Assembly: GCA_048937405.1 (NCBI GenBank)
Contig: JBHLNF010000002.1
Span: forward strand, 384,001-448,000
Direction of reading: 5' to 3'
DNA: 64,000 nt
Origin: Promethearchaeota archaeon
GTDB lineage: Archaea > Asgardarchaeota > Lokiarchaeia > Sigyniarchaeales > SOKP01
Position numbers and translations under genes: made by a program. The notes below the pieces were generated by a model. The model was not told the DNA's origin, did no database searches, and saw nothing but the letters and a program-made list of their open reading frames with translations. Shown piece by piece: positions 19,670-29,218 of the stretch (within the stretch, counting starts at the first letter, position 1; the number at the start of each line of letters is the position of its first letter).

Positions 19670-20524
19670 ATGATACAGAAATTCAAAGAAGCAGCAAAAG
19701 GAAAAAATTCTAATATTGGAATTGGGTTAGGCATATCTGAAGATCAAAATCAAAAAATCTTGCAAGCTAGTTTGAATTTTGTAAGGTCCAATAAAGCGAA
19801 TGTTTATCTTTTTGGTAATTCGAGTCATATAAATTCTCTTCGTGAGCAAACTCCAGAAAATTACTTAAATTCTCGAGTTAAATTTATTGAATGTCAAAAC
19901 CCTGAATTTACGATTTTATCTTCTTTAATTGACGATAGAATTCAATCTATTGTAAGAGGTTCTATGAGCTCAAATAAATTCTTAACTAATCTTAAAGATG
20001 AATTAAAAGTTAAAAAAATTAATAGATTAGCATTATTGGAAACATATTTTGGTCAAGAATTCTTCTTTGGACCAGTAGGGATTGATGAATGTAATAACCT
20101 TAAAAATAAAACCCATTTTTTAAATCTTGCAATACATATTTTGCACGAATTTGAAATAAATCCAAGAATAAGCATTTTAAGCGGGGGTAGAAAAAGTGAT
20201 ATCGGTAGGGACCGCAAAGTTGATAAATTAATTCAAGATGCTGATAAAATAGTTCACATTTTTAAAGAAAAAAATAAAAAACTGGAAATCTCTCATAATG
20301 AAATATTAATTGAACAAGCAATAGAAAGTAACTCAAATTTAATAATCGCCCCTGATGGTATCTCTGGAAATCTGATTTATCGTACATTGGTTCATTTAGG
20401 TGGAGGAAAAGCATATGGAGCAATATATATGGGATTAAAAAATATAATTGTCGATACCTCTAGAGTTGGAGATATTTCTGAAATACAAGGTGCTTTATTA
20501 TTAGCCCTTGCTTTATCAAAATAA
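19670..20524 (+). CDS. mtxX: MtxX / methanogenesis marker protein 4 (phosphate acyltransferase-like fold)
   Basis: VRGSMS, RLALLE, PVGIDE, LSGGRKSDIGR, ILIE, APDGISGNLIYRTLVHLGGG, VDTSR. Confidence 0.85.
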   Translation: MIQKFKEAAKGKNSNIGIGLGISEDQNQKILQASLNFVRSNKANVYLFGNSSHINSLREQTPENYLNSRVKFIECQNPEFTILSSLIDDRIQSIVRGSMSSNKFLTNLKDELKVKKINRLALLETYFGQEFFFGPVGIDECNNLKNKTHFLNLAIHILHEFEINPRISILSGGRKSDIGRDRKVDKLIQDADKIVHIFKEKNKKLEISHNEILIEQAIESNSNLIIAPDGISGNLIYRTLVHLGGGKAYGAIYMGLKNIIVDTSRVGDISEIQGALLLALALSK

Positions 20525-20639
20525 TAATTATATTTTTTGTTCAATTTGATGAAATAAAAAGATCTATTAAAGAAAGAATCAAGATTATCAGAAAAACATA
20601 ATTAAAGTTTATAATAATAAAAAGGAAAAAAAAGTATAT

Positions 20640-20951
20640 TTAGCTTAAGGCTCCTATAAGTGTCGCAATAAGTACAACAATTCCACCAATCCAACTCCCA
20701 AATATAATTAGAAAAAGACCTAGTACCCCTAAAATAGTGGGTGTATAATGTATTGGTTTTATTCCTAATAGAATAACAATAATAGCAAGAGCAATAGCGA
20801 CGATATCGACATATAACCCAAAACTCCAAAATTCAAAAATGTCAATCAAATGTAGGATTGATTCGATCAGAGAAATTACTCCCCCAATTATAGCTACAAC
20901 ACACATAAACTTATCTGATGCTTGTAACTTACTCCATACCATTTTATTCAA
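20640..20951 (-). CDS. Small membrane protein
   Basis: Three to four hydrophobic helices; likely start at MVWSKL. Confidence 0.65.
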   Translation of the reverse strand: MNKMVWSKLQASDKFMCVVAIIGGVISLIESILHLIDIFEFWSFGLYVDIVAIALAIIVILLGIKPIHYTPTILGVLGLFLIIFGSWIGGIVVLIATLIGALS

Positions 20952-21077
20952 CTTTCTTATTTTTATTATTTTTTTATCAGAAAATAGATTAGAACAATTT
21001 ATAAATGTTAACTAAAAAGATGTAAGTAACATTAATAAGTAAAAAAATGGATTAATTTTTTTTTTAATAAAAACAAA

Positions 21078-21278
21078 TTAAGAGTATTTTTCAATAATAT
21101 AATTTTGTAAGGAACAAACATACTTCTCAAGATTTAATATTAGAATCCTCTGTTCTACTTCACGAAGATATGATACATCTAAATAATTAAACAATTCTTT
21201 TAATCTGCTTATATTATTGAATAATTCTGTGATTATTTTCCAATCATTAGCCCATTCGTGATCTTGAAATTCTTCCAT
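21078..21278 (-). CDS. Small hypothetical protein
   Basis: 66-aa ORF preceded by GGAGTGA SD-like sequence. Confidence 0.55.
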   Translation of the reverse strand: MEEFQDHEWANDWKIITELFNNISRLKELFNYLDVSYLREVEQRILILNLEKYVCSLQNYIIEKYS

Positions 21279-21417
21279 CTGTATAATTTTTAATCACTCC
21301 CTTTAAGGGTTTTTTTTAAATATTATACAACAATTTGGTTTATAAAATGTTAAGATACTCGAAGAAAAGTAATTTACATTAGCATTAATTTAGAAAAGAA
21401 AAATTAAAATAATATGA

Positions 21418-21450
21418 TGAGAGAGGGGGGATTTAAAATTCTGACCATTT
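21418..21450 (-). repeat. Degenerate direct repeat of the tRNA-Pro 3' end (att-like scar)
   Basis: 25/33 ungapped identity to 23207..23239, same orientation. Confidence 0.7.
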
Positions 21451-21627
21451 ACTTTATATTGAGAGATTAAACAAACATAGGGATCTTCTTAAAAAGTGGA
21501 TCAATACAGTTTGAAAACTTATAAGAATTATGTGATATTTATTTTAATCAAATTAAACATTATTCATCAATAATGCTTATAAAATTATTTTATTCATTAT
21601 CTTCAATCATTAAGTCATTGTTTTAAT

Positions 21628-23091
21628 ATGCATTCAACACAATTTCAGTCTCTTATAAACACATTAAAATCAGGAAATATCTCAGATTTTATAAGTTTAG
21701 TCAAAAAACTTACTGAAAATAGCCTTTCTTATATTACAGATTCACAAAATTATGATAAATTCAGAACTAGTCTCAAAAAAGCTTATTATAATGCGCTCTC
21801 AAGATGCTTGTATACCATGCGATTTGATGAGTTTAGCCAATTATTTAACAATTCTGATAAGATTGGAATCTTTATTGATATCTCTAATATTGATGCTGTA
21901 AGAATTATTAGTCAATTACATGTAGATGGCATTAAAATTGGAGATACAGGTAGAATTATTAAACTTGTTAGCTTTTTTAATAAATACAATTTATTTGAGA
22001 GAAAGTTCACTGCTGAAGAATATAAAATAATTCAAGAAATAAAAGAGACTGATAAACTACTTATCAACACCTTAAAAGATTTATTTGGAAATGTTACTGA
22101 TTCATTAATATATTATGTCTGTAAAATAATGCCACAAGATTATATAGTATGGCTACGTGAACGAGAATTTGTAGTTGATCCCAATTTTTTAAAAAATTGG
22201 ACTGATAATTTTTCCATATATGGGTTAAGTGTTAGAAATTTAGGGAGAGTAGAAGATTTTATAAAAAAGGTTGAAACTAAACAAAGCTCCGAAAATTCAG
22301 ATAAGGATTTCATAACTTTAGAGTTTAATCCTCGCTACATAATTAGTTACAACGGACAACGTATTTTACGGGAATATCATGAAATACATCTTGTTTACCC
22401 AGAGAATATAATGAAAAACAAAGAAAAAATCTTAGATAAAGAAAATTATAATTTTTATAGTCTCTCAATGGTTATTTTTGGTGGATTAGGTCCAGAAGGG
22501 TTTGGTTTTACTTATTCTACTCCTAAAGGAGAAGTTATAGAAATTTGTTCTGATCAAAGGGAAACTGAAGCTATCATCATAAAATTCAAACAGTACCTAA
22601 AGAGAAAATTTTTAGATAAACTTGAAGAAGAAATGGTCAGTTTAAAAATAAATGTCGACATTAGAAGAAAAGTTATTAAATATTTATCAGATATTATTAA
22701 TCCCAAAGATCTAATTAGCTATCATGATAAAAATTCAATTTTAAAAAAAATAAGAAACTTCCTCTTTCAGTTTGATGAATTTCAGAAGATAAGAGAATCA
22801 GAACTTGAAGAGATCCTCCTAAATATTTCTATAGCAATTTCAATCATACTTAAAAATGTAAAACTTAAAGACCAATTCATGACTCGAATGGAATTAATAG
22901 TAAGTAATAAATTAAAATCTGAAGATTTAGCAAAACTCACGAGCTTAAAAGGAAAATCCCATTATGATGTATTGAGAGAAAGGATTTTTCTCCAAAATAA
23001 ACCAAAATGGTTTTTCAAAGATTATCCTGAAGAAATAAAAGAATTTGAAAAGGAATATAATAATGCAGTTAGAAGAACATGGAGATGGTAA
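21628..23091 (+). CDS. Hypothetical protein
   Basis: 487 aa; Gly-rich conserved-looking core GGLGPEGFGFTYSTPKGEVIEICSD; function unknown. Confidence 0.7.
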   Translation: MHSTQFQSLINTLKSGNISDFISLVKKLTENSLSYITDSQNYDKFRTSLKKAYYNALSRCLYTMRFDEFSQLFNNSDKIGIFIDISNIDAVRIISQLHVDGIKIGDTGRIIKLVSFFNKYNLFERKFTAEEYKIIQEIKETDKLLINTLKDLFGNVTDSLIYYVCKIMPQDYIVWLREREFVVDPNFLKNWTDNFSIYGLSVRNLGRVEDFIKKVETKQSSENSDKDFITLEFNPRYIISYNGQRILREYHEIHLVYPENIMKNKEKILDKENYNFYSLSMVIFGGLGPEGFGFTYSTPKGEVIEICSDQRETEAIIIKFKQYLKRKFLDKLEEEMVSLKINVDIRRKVIKYLSDIINPKDLISYHDKNSILKKIRNFLFQFDEFQKIRESELEEILLNISIAISIILKNVKLKDQFMTRMELIVSNKLKSEDLAKLTSLKGKSHYDVLRERIFLQNKPKWFFKDYPEEIKEFEKEYNNAVRRTWRW

Positions 23092-23206
23092 ATTAGGATT
23101 TTTAATATTACTTTTCAACTAATTGATTTTTTTTAAAATTGTTCCAATCAAGTGAAAGAACTTGGAATGAAATTTTTGAATTATTAAAACAAAAGTGTTG
23201 ATTTAA

Positions 23207-23340
23207 TGGGAGAGGAGGGATTTGAACCCCCGACCACTTGGCATCTGGAAACTATGCCAAAGCATTAATTTTCCCCAGCCAAATTAACTTGATTGGTTAA
23301 ATACCAATTAATGTATCATACCAATCTAGACTACCCTCCC
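23207..23340 (-). tRNA. tRNA-Pro(GGG) with two introns (23283-23312 at 27/28; 23243-23272 at canonical 37/38)
   Basis: Spliced 74-nt cloverleaf: GGGAGGG TA GTCT AGATTGGTA TGAT A CTTGG CTGGGGG CCAAG TGGTC GGGGG TTCAAAT CCCTC CTCTCCC A. Full BHB at 37/38 (CTGG/CCAG). Confidence 0.9.
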
Positions 23341-23499
23341 ACTTAAGCAAGGGGTCAATATATTATGTAAAGAATAGTGAAAACTGTTAATTAAATCTTT
23401 TTTGTTTCAATTCCTTAAATTTAAACCAATAATTTTTAAATTCTTTTAAGAGTTTTCTATATTAAATTTTATATTATTTTTCTATTTATTTCTAAAAAC

Positions 23500-23796
23500 A
23501 TGCGTTCTAGAAAACCCTTTATTATCTTTTGGCCTCAATATTTTGATATAAAAAGAAGTCGTAGTGATGGCAGACGACTTCCTAAAAAATTTGCATGTGA
23601 AAAAGTTAGTTTAGAAGATATTGCTAAATCAGCAGAAAAGTTAGGTTATAAAACACAGATTGAAAGAGGATATAGATATTCAAGAACATGGTGGGATGAT
23701 GCAGGAAGAGTACTAATAGATGTAAAAGGTAAAAAAAAAAGTAAAGTAATGCTGGAAGTTGCGAAAGAAATTAGAAAGCTACATACAAAAGGTTAG
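23500..23796 (+). CDS. srp19: Signal recognition particle protein SRP19
   Basis: IIFWPQYFD..RSRSDGRRLPK, YSRTWW..GRVLI. Confidence 0.95.
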   Translation: MRSRKPFIIFWPQYFDIKRSRSDGRRLPKKFACEKVSLEDIAKSAEKLGYKTQIERGYRYSRTWWDDAGRVLIDVKGKKKSKVMLEVAKEIRKLHTKG

Positions 23797-23806
23797 TATC
23801 CTTATT

Positions 23807-24178
23807 ATGCATGAATTTTCCTTTGCTTATGACATTTTTAAGATTGCTGAAGCTACGGCACTTAAATATAATGCCAAACGAATAACTGAAGTTTTACTTG
23901 AAATAGGAGAGTTAACACTTATTGTACCCGAACTTCTTCAACGATCCTTTGAAATGGCTACAAAAGGGTCAATAGCTGAGGGTGCTAAATTAACGGTTAC
24001 AATAACGCCTGGAAAAGTTAAATGTCGAGAGTGTAATAAAGTCTCAGAAGTATCTATAACTCGAGAAGCACAATTAACCGGACTTCAGCTTTTTAAATGC
24101 TCTCATTGTGATAGTAATAATACGGAAATTATTGAAGGAAAAAAAGCTAATGTAAAGAATATTAAAATCCAAGAATAA
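23807..24178 (+). CDS. hypA: Hydrogenase maturation nickel metallochaperone HypA
   Basis: Start corrected to the ATG at 23807 so the protein begins with the MHE Ni motif; IGELT, CREC, CSHC. Confidence 0.92.
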   Translation: MHEFSFAYDIFKIAEATALKYNAKRITEVLLEIGELTLIVPELLQRSFEMATKGSIAEGAKLTVTITPGKVKCRECNKVSEVSITREAQLTGLQLFKCSHCDSNNTEIIEGKKANVKNIKIQE

Positions 24179-24241
24179 TCAACTTATAGATTTTGAAATC
24201 TTGGAAGTTAATCAAACCTATAAACAAATTATTTCTAAAAA

Positions 24242-24619
24242 TTAGACTAAAATACCATTAAGTAATCCATGTTGCCCTGGTCTGCTAGTTATTTTTGCAT
24301 TCCCTAATTCTGTCTCAACAATTGCTCCTTTTGTTAGTATGTGTCTTCGATTCAGATCCTTTGAAGCTTCATTACTTTCGAAACGTAGAATTCTAACTTT
24401 TTTTGTTTTATTCGTATTTGGATCTGTAACATTAATAAATTGTGTCGCAAATAATTTAACTTTATAATTCCCTCCCATCGTACGTTGTTTCTTATTTTTC
24501 TCTGGACCTATTTCAGTATCAATTCTAGGACGTTCTAATTCTCTTTTTCTTTTCTTTCTAAAGTGTTTATATTTCTTACCTGTGTATTTTCGCTTACTTC
24601 TTGCTTGAGACCTGGCCAT
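24242..24619 (-). CDS. rps8e: 30S ribosomal protein S8e
   Basis: RKKRKREL, RTMGGN, ILTKGAIVETELGNAKITSRPGQHG. Confidence 0.97.
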   Translation of the reverse strand: MARSQARSKRKYTGKKYKHFRKKRKRELERPRIDTEIGPEKNKKQRTMGGNYKVKLFATQFINVTDPNTNKTKKVRILRFESNEASKDLNRRHILTKGAIVETELGNAKITSRPGQHGLLNGILV

Positions 24620-24806
24620 GAAACATTTACCAACTTTTAGCTAGTATAATACTTGAAATAAGAAACGATATCTTTAAAATTTTTTTAAAAAACCCTCTTC
24701 CTTATAATTATGATTTATTAAAGTAAAATAAATATAGAACAAATTTTTATTTATTATATATCATTACTCTAACTATTCAATAAAACCGTATCTAATTTTT
24801 AGGAAA

Positions 24807-25448
24807 ATGATGGAAAATAACTTTCATAAAAAACAATTGGACTATGAACAATATGAGAAGATGCTCCAAACTGGGACAACAACCGTAGGTATTATGATAA
24901 AAGAAGGAGTTATTATCGCTACAGATTCACAAGCAACCGCTGGAACTTTCATAGCATCTAAACAAGCTCAAAAGTTATTTGAAATTAATAAATATACTGC
25001 AGCAACCATTGCAGGGGGAGTTGCGGACTGTCAATATGTCATAAATCAAATACGGGCTTTATCTCGGTTAAAGGAAATAGAAGAAGGAAAAGTTCCTGAG
25101 CCAAAATATGTAGCTAGTATTTGTCGTAATATCTTATTCGGTGGTAGAAGCTACTTTTTAAGTTTGATGATTGTGGGGGGTTATTCATTGAAAGAAAAAA
25201 TCGGCATACTATATGGGATCGATCTTCTAGGCACTCTATATGAAGAGAATAGTTATTTATCTTTTGGAAGTGGTAGTCCATTTAGTCTTGGAGTTTTAGA
25301 ATCTGAATGGAAACCCAACTTACCTAAAACAAAAGGTATTGATCTTGTTAAAACAGCTATAAACAGTTCAAAAGAAAGAGATTCGGGTTCTGGTTATGAA
25401 CTGCAAATCTGTACTATTGATAAGGACGGTTTTACAAAAGTTCAATAA
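24807..25448 (+). CDS. psmB: Proteasome beta subunit
   Basis: Propeptide then TG|TTTVG catalytic Thr; DSQAT, AGGVADCQ, GSGSPF, RDSGSG. Confidence 0.95.
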   Translation: MMENNFHKKQLDYEQYEKMLQTGTTTVGIMIKEGVIIATDSQATAGTFIASKQAQKLFEINKYTAATIAGGVADCQYVINQIRALSRLKEIEEGKVPEPKYVASICRNILFGGRSYFLSLMIVGGYSLKEKIGILYGIDLLGTLYEENSYLSFGSGSPFSLGVLESEWKPNLPKTKGIDLVKTAINSSKERDSGSGYELQICTIDKDGFTKVQ

Positions 25449-25464
25449 TCTATCTTATTTTAAG

Positions 25465-25956
25465 TTAAAAGTCTTTTAACTTTACTGAAATTTGTCTAAG
25501 TTCATTAAAAATATATATAAAACCATTTAATTTATCATTAATAGCATTCATAATTGTCCAGATTAAATGTTTAAACTTTGATATTCCGCTCTTGTAATAT
25601 CCTTCTATATATGGAATATCTATTCCACTTGGATAAGCATTTCCTGGATGAGAATGAAAAATACTGATTAATTGATAATTATACTCATTTAAATATGTAT
25701 TAGATATTTCTATAAGTTTAGTATAATCATCCATCAAAAAAGCAATTGGACTTTTATGTGTCGATTCAATACACTTAAATTTATATCCAAAATACTGATA
25801 TGAATAATCATCTTCACGGGAATTTTTTCTTTTTTCAACAATTGAACCAAAAATTAACCCACAAGCCTCATTGGGATTAGCTTTCTTTACACACTTTTTA
25901 ATTTCGTTAAAAACTTCAAGATCAATAATTAGAATTATATCTTCTTCAACTTTCAA
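25465..25956 (-). CDS. JAB1/MPN+ (JAMM) metalloprotease
   Basis: PNEACGLIFG and FHSHPGNAYPSGID JAMM motif. Confidence 0.9.
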   Translation of the reverse strand: MKVEEDIILIIDLEVFNEIKKCVKKANPNEACGLIFGSIVEKRKNSREDDYSYQYFGYKFKCIESTHKSPIAFLMDDYTKLIEISNTYLNEYNYQLISIFHSHPGNAYPSGIDIPYIEGYYKSGISKFKHLIWTIMNAINDKLNGFIYIFNELRQISVKLKDF

Positions 25957-25979
25957 TTGATAAATATCTAACCTCTTTA

Positions 25980-26654
25980 TTAAATTATTGTTAAAGCAGC
26001 ATTCAGAGCAGCTAGCCTTGCTTTTTCAGGATTTTCGCCAAGTCCTATAATAACAACGTCATTTTTTTCTAATTGAGATTTTTTACTAATGAATAGAGAG
26101 TTGATATATTTGAATGTCTCAGAATCAACTCTCATTTGTTCATCTTCATTTTCAGAACTTATATATGAAGGAAAAATTAAATCTTTTCCATTATATAGAA
26201 GACATGTTGCTCCTACACCTCCAATCTTAATAGCAGCATCTCTTTGTTCAATCCCCTTAGATATTTTGTCAGAAGCTTTTCTTACTAGACAGAAGTATGG
26301 ATTGCTACCATCAGATTTAATAACAATATCTCTTAATTCAGTTGGATCTCCTGCTACCATCAAAGGGATTTTTTGTTTAATTTTTTTTAGAAAATTCAAC
26401 CCTTCTCTGGTAAGAATATGACCCTTTCTCTTGTTTTCATCAGTTAAAACTATAATAAAGTTAGTATTTTCATTTAACTTCTTAATTAGAGATCTAGCGG
26501 TTCCAGAACCAATTAATAGTTCTTTTCGTAATCGATACCTTCCAATACCATCTTGATTTTCCTCAAATAAATATAATGCTAAAATAACATGCACTTTCTC
26601 AAATGAAGGCTTTATTGTAGGACTCTGAAATAAAGTATCTAATTCTTCAAGCAT
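25980..26654 (-). CDS. Winged-helix protein, DUF4443-like
   Basis: IGRYRLRKELLIGSGTARSLI HTH; GIEQRDAAIKIGGVGAT. Confidence 0.7.
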   Translation of the reverse strand: MLEELDTLFQSPTIKPSFEKVHVILALYLFEENQDGIGRYRLRKELLIGSGTARSLIKKLNENTNFIIVLTDENKRKGHILTREGLNFLKKIKQKIPLMVAGDPTELRDIVIKSDGSNPYFCLVRKASDKISKGIEQRDAAIKIGGVGATCLLYNGKDLIFPSYISSENEDEQMRVDSETFKYINSLFISKKSQLEKNDVVIIGLGENPEKARLAALNAALTII

Positions 26655-26787
26655 TAATGCATTCCAATATAAATAATTAATATAAATAAGTTAAAAATAA
26701 ATTTAAATCAAAATGTAATTTTATTAAATATCTAGATTTCAAAAATTCTACTTTGCTAACCTTAATTACAAATAATTTTTCAATAAT

Positions 26788-27777
26788 ATGCCTAAAAAAG
26801 AAAAGGAAATTGATCATCAACATACACAAAATTTAGTTATCTTTAAAGAAAAAGAAGAACTTAAGAAGAAACCAAGAGATAAATACACTTTTGAGAAAGT
26901 TGATCAAGAATATAGAATTAAATGTAAATGTAGCTTTTCTCCTTTTGGTAGTCATTTTAGATATTCAATTCTTATAGATAATCAGAGTTTGGCTCCAATC
27001 ACAGAAATGAAAATAAAGATTAGATATCCCAATTTTTTAACCCTTATTAGAGCCTTTCCGCCTACAATTAGAATACATCAAATAACTGCTGAAGAAGAAA
27101 CTAATCAGATAAATTTTGAATTTGATGAATTAAAAGAAAATAGTAATAAACAAATTCATCTTCATTTTTCTCCCAATCTCCTGGAAAAGAAAGGGGATAT
27201 AAGAACTATTGTCACTTATGTAAATAATAAGGATATTGTCAGAGTTATAGATTCAAGACCTGCAGAAATTACAGTTGATAAAATAGTATTGGAGCCAAAA
27301 GTAGTTCCTTCAAGTTTTGTAAGAGATTTTTCGAAACAGCCCGGCATTAAGAAAGTAATTAAGAGTATGGGTATTGCAATTGAGCATCAAGTGCATTCTG
27401 AAATAATATTCGATATTTTAGAACAGCTTTTTTTACTACATAATTTTCAATTAATTGCTAAGGATGTAGAAAAAAGAATTTTATGGTACATTGGAACAGA
27501 ATCCTTTAGTAAAGAAGATATTTTGGCAATTGGGCAAATCGTGTCAAATAAGATAGAAATAATCGCATCTTCGCTAGATCATTATCTCTTAATCTCCTTT
27601 TTAACACAAATTTCAAATGATTTTAAACAATTTTTAATATTAAATGGAATTATAAATTCCAAGGATAAAGTCCATGATTTAGAATGCAAAAATTGTGGAG
27701 CTATTCTAGATTATTTTCCTAAAAAAAATGAACATATCGAATGTAAAACATGCAATTACGAACAGACTGTTTGGTAA
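26788..27777 (+). CDS. Hypothetical: beta-sandwich + platform-like domain + C-terminal zinc ribbon
   Basis: YSILIDNQSLAPITEMKIKIRYP beta-sandwich pattern; CKNCG...CKTC. Confidence 0.6.
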   Translation: MPKKEKEIDHQHTQNLVIFKEKEELKKKPRDKYTFEKVDQEYRIKCKCSFSPFGSHFRYSILIDNQSLAPITEMKIKIRYPNFLTLIRAFPPTIRIHQITAEEETNQINFEFDELKENSNKQIHLHFSPNLLEKKGDIRTIVTYVNNKDIVRVIDSRPAEITVDKIVLEPKVVPSSFVRDFSKQPGIKKVIKSMGIAIEHQVHSEIIFDILEQLFLLHNFQLIAKDVEKRILWYIGTESFSKEDILAIGQIVSNKIEIIASSLDHYLLISFLTQISNDFKQFLILNGIINSKDKVHDLECKNCGAILDYFPKKNEHIECKTCNYEQTVW

Positions 27778-27812
27778 TAATCTAGAAACATAGTTGTTTA
27801 TTTATAACTGAA

Positions 27813-27842
27813 AATTTTCCAAAAAAAATTTTTTGGAAAATT
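27813..27842. repeat. Perfect 14-bp inverted repeat
   Basis: AATTTTCCAAAAAA-AA-TTTTTTGGAAAATT, 36 nt after the stop of 26788..27777. Confidence 0.6.
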
Positions 27843-28346
27843 CCAAGAAAAAGTTCAATAAAATATTTTTTCTTAATGAGAATAATTTATATATATTTCA
27901 ATAAATTTCCTCTTATTTTTTCTTGATAAACTCTACATTTTTAATCTATTAGGTTCTAAATGTTCATTTTTTAAAAATAAATCATATTGTATAATATCAA
28001 AAATATACTTATATAGCATTTCACATCTTAACAATTTTTGCGTTATCTTTTTTAGATTCGACTATTCCAATGATCATACGCATTTTATAATGGTAATTAA
28101 TTATAAAGTACATAGATTTTAATAAAAAACGAGTTACCATGAGATAATCTTAACTTCAACGAGATTGATCATCTTCATAAGTTTGAATTTTGTCTTTCAA
28201 TTTTTTTTATTTTTTTCTCCATAAATCTAAGTTTTGATAAAAATCTTTAAATATATAAAAGATATATATCTATATAACAAACTCTTAAAAAATAACAAAT
28301 TTCGATAATAATTATAAAAAATTACATTATAGTGGAGGAATAAAAA

Positions 28347-28556
28347 ATGTCCGAATATATTAGTTGGAGTCCTATTAGAAGATTAATGAAACACAACGGG
28401 GCTATTATTGTCGCTCGTGATGCAGTTGATGAATTAGTTGATTGGATGGGTCAATCAGCTGAAAAAATCACAAAAACAGCCTTAACACTCACGAAACACT
28501 CAAAAAGAAAGAAAGTAACAAGGGATGACATTCTTTTAGCAATAAAATACTTTTAA
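28347..28556 (+). CDS. Archaeal histone (tail-less histone fold)
   Basis: PIRRLMK..GA..VARDA...HSKRKKVTRDDI; GGAGG SD. Confidence 0.92.
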   Translation: MSEYISWSPIRRLMKHNGAIIVARDAVDELVDWMGQSAEKITKTALTLTKHSKRKKVTRDDILLAIKYF

Positions 28557-28611
28557 ATTTATCTAAAAGGATGAGAAACTTTTCCTATCATCTACTTTTT
28601 TTTTCCTTATT

Positions 28612-29133
28612 TTAATCTTCAATTTTTAATTTAGGAAATTCAATATCTGAATTCCTTAGATTACATTTTGATATTAAAATCTTATTTTTTTTTTTTCTAA
28701 TTATAATTATCAAATAACCAGCGGGAATTGCTATGATAAATCCCCATAATGGAGATTTGAATATTAATAAAATACTTCCAATTGGATATAGAAAACGACA
28801 AACAAATTTGACTGTTCGATTTTTAAGTGGTTTCTTTTCTGTAATCTGAATTGCATATTGTAATATTGATGGAATCCAGCAAATTAAAAATATAATCAGA
28901 AATAAAGGTAAGTCAATATAATTTACAATAAAATAATAAAAAATATTTGCTACTATTAACGTGAAAGCAGCACCTAAAGCAAATGCAAAACATCCTATAC
29001 AAACAGCATAATTGAATATATAAAATACATGTTCATTGAAGTCCTCACGTTTAGGATTATGATGAGCTAACCAATGAATTATTTTTATATCTCTTTGAGA
29101 TACATCTTTTTGATGGTGCATTTTTTTATTCAA
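28612..29133 (-). CDS. DUF2085-like membrane protein
   Basis: HH.P.R...H.F......VCIGC motif followed by TM helices. Confidence 0.6.
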   Translation of the reverse strand: MNKKMHHQKDVSQRDIKIIHWLAHHNPKREDFNEHVFYIFNYAVCIGCFAFALGAAFTLIVANIFYYFIVNYIDLPLFLIIFLICWIPSILQYAIQITEKKPLKNRTVKFVCRFLYPIGSILLIFKSPLWGFIIAIPAGYLIIIIRKKKNKILISKCNLRNSDIEFPKLKIED

Positions 29134-29218
29134 ATTATATAATCTATAACTATATGTTTATCTGATGTTATATCAAAATTTTGTCTATTGAAATTTAAAA
29201 ATTGTATGAAAAGAGATT

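Larger units (their letters stand above)
21418..23239. mobile_element. Possible decayed tRNA-Pro-targeted integrative island carrying one ORF
   Basis: Bounded by the tRNA 3' end and its degenerate copy; no integrase present. Confidence 0.35.

Noticed and set aside
21414-21444. C/D box sRNA (ATGATGA ... CTGA)
   Set aside because: No second C'/D pair at the expected spacing, and the same bases are better explained as a decayed tRNA-Pro 3' copy.
23759-23806. N-terminal extension of HypA given by the ORF track
   Set aside because: It overlaps srp19, and HypA needs an N-terminal MHE, which starts at 23807.
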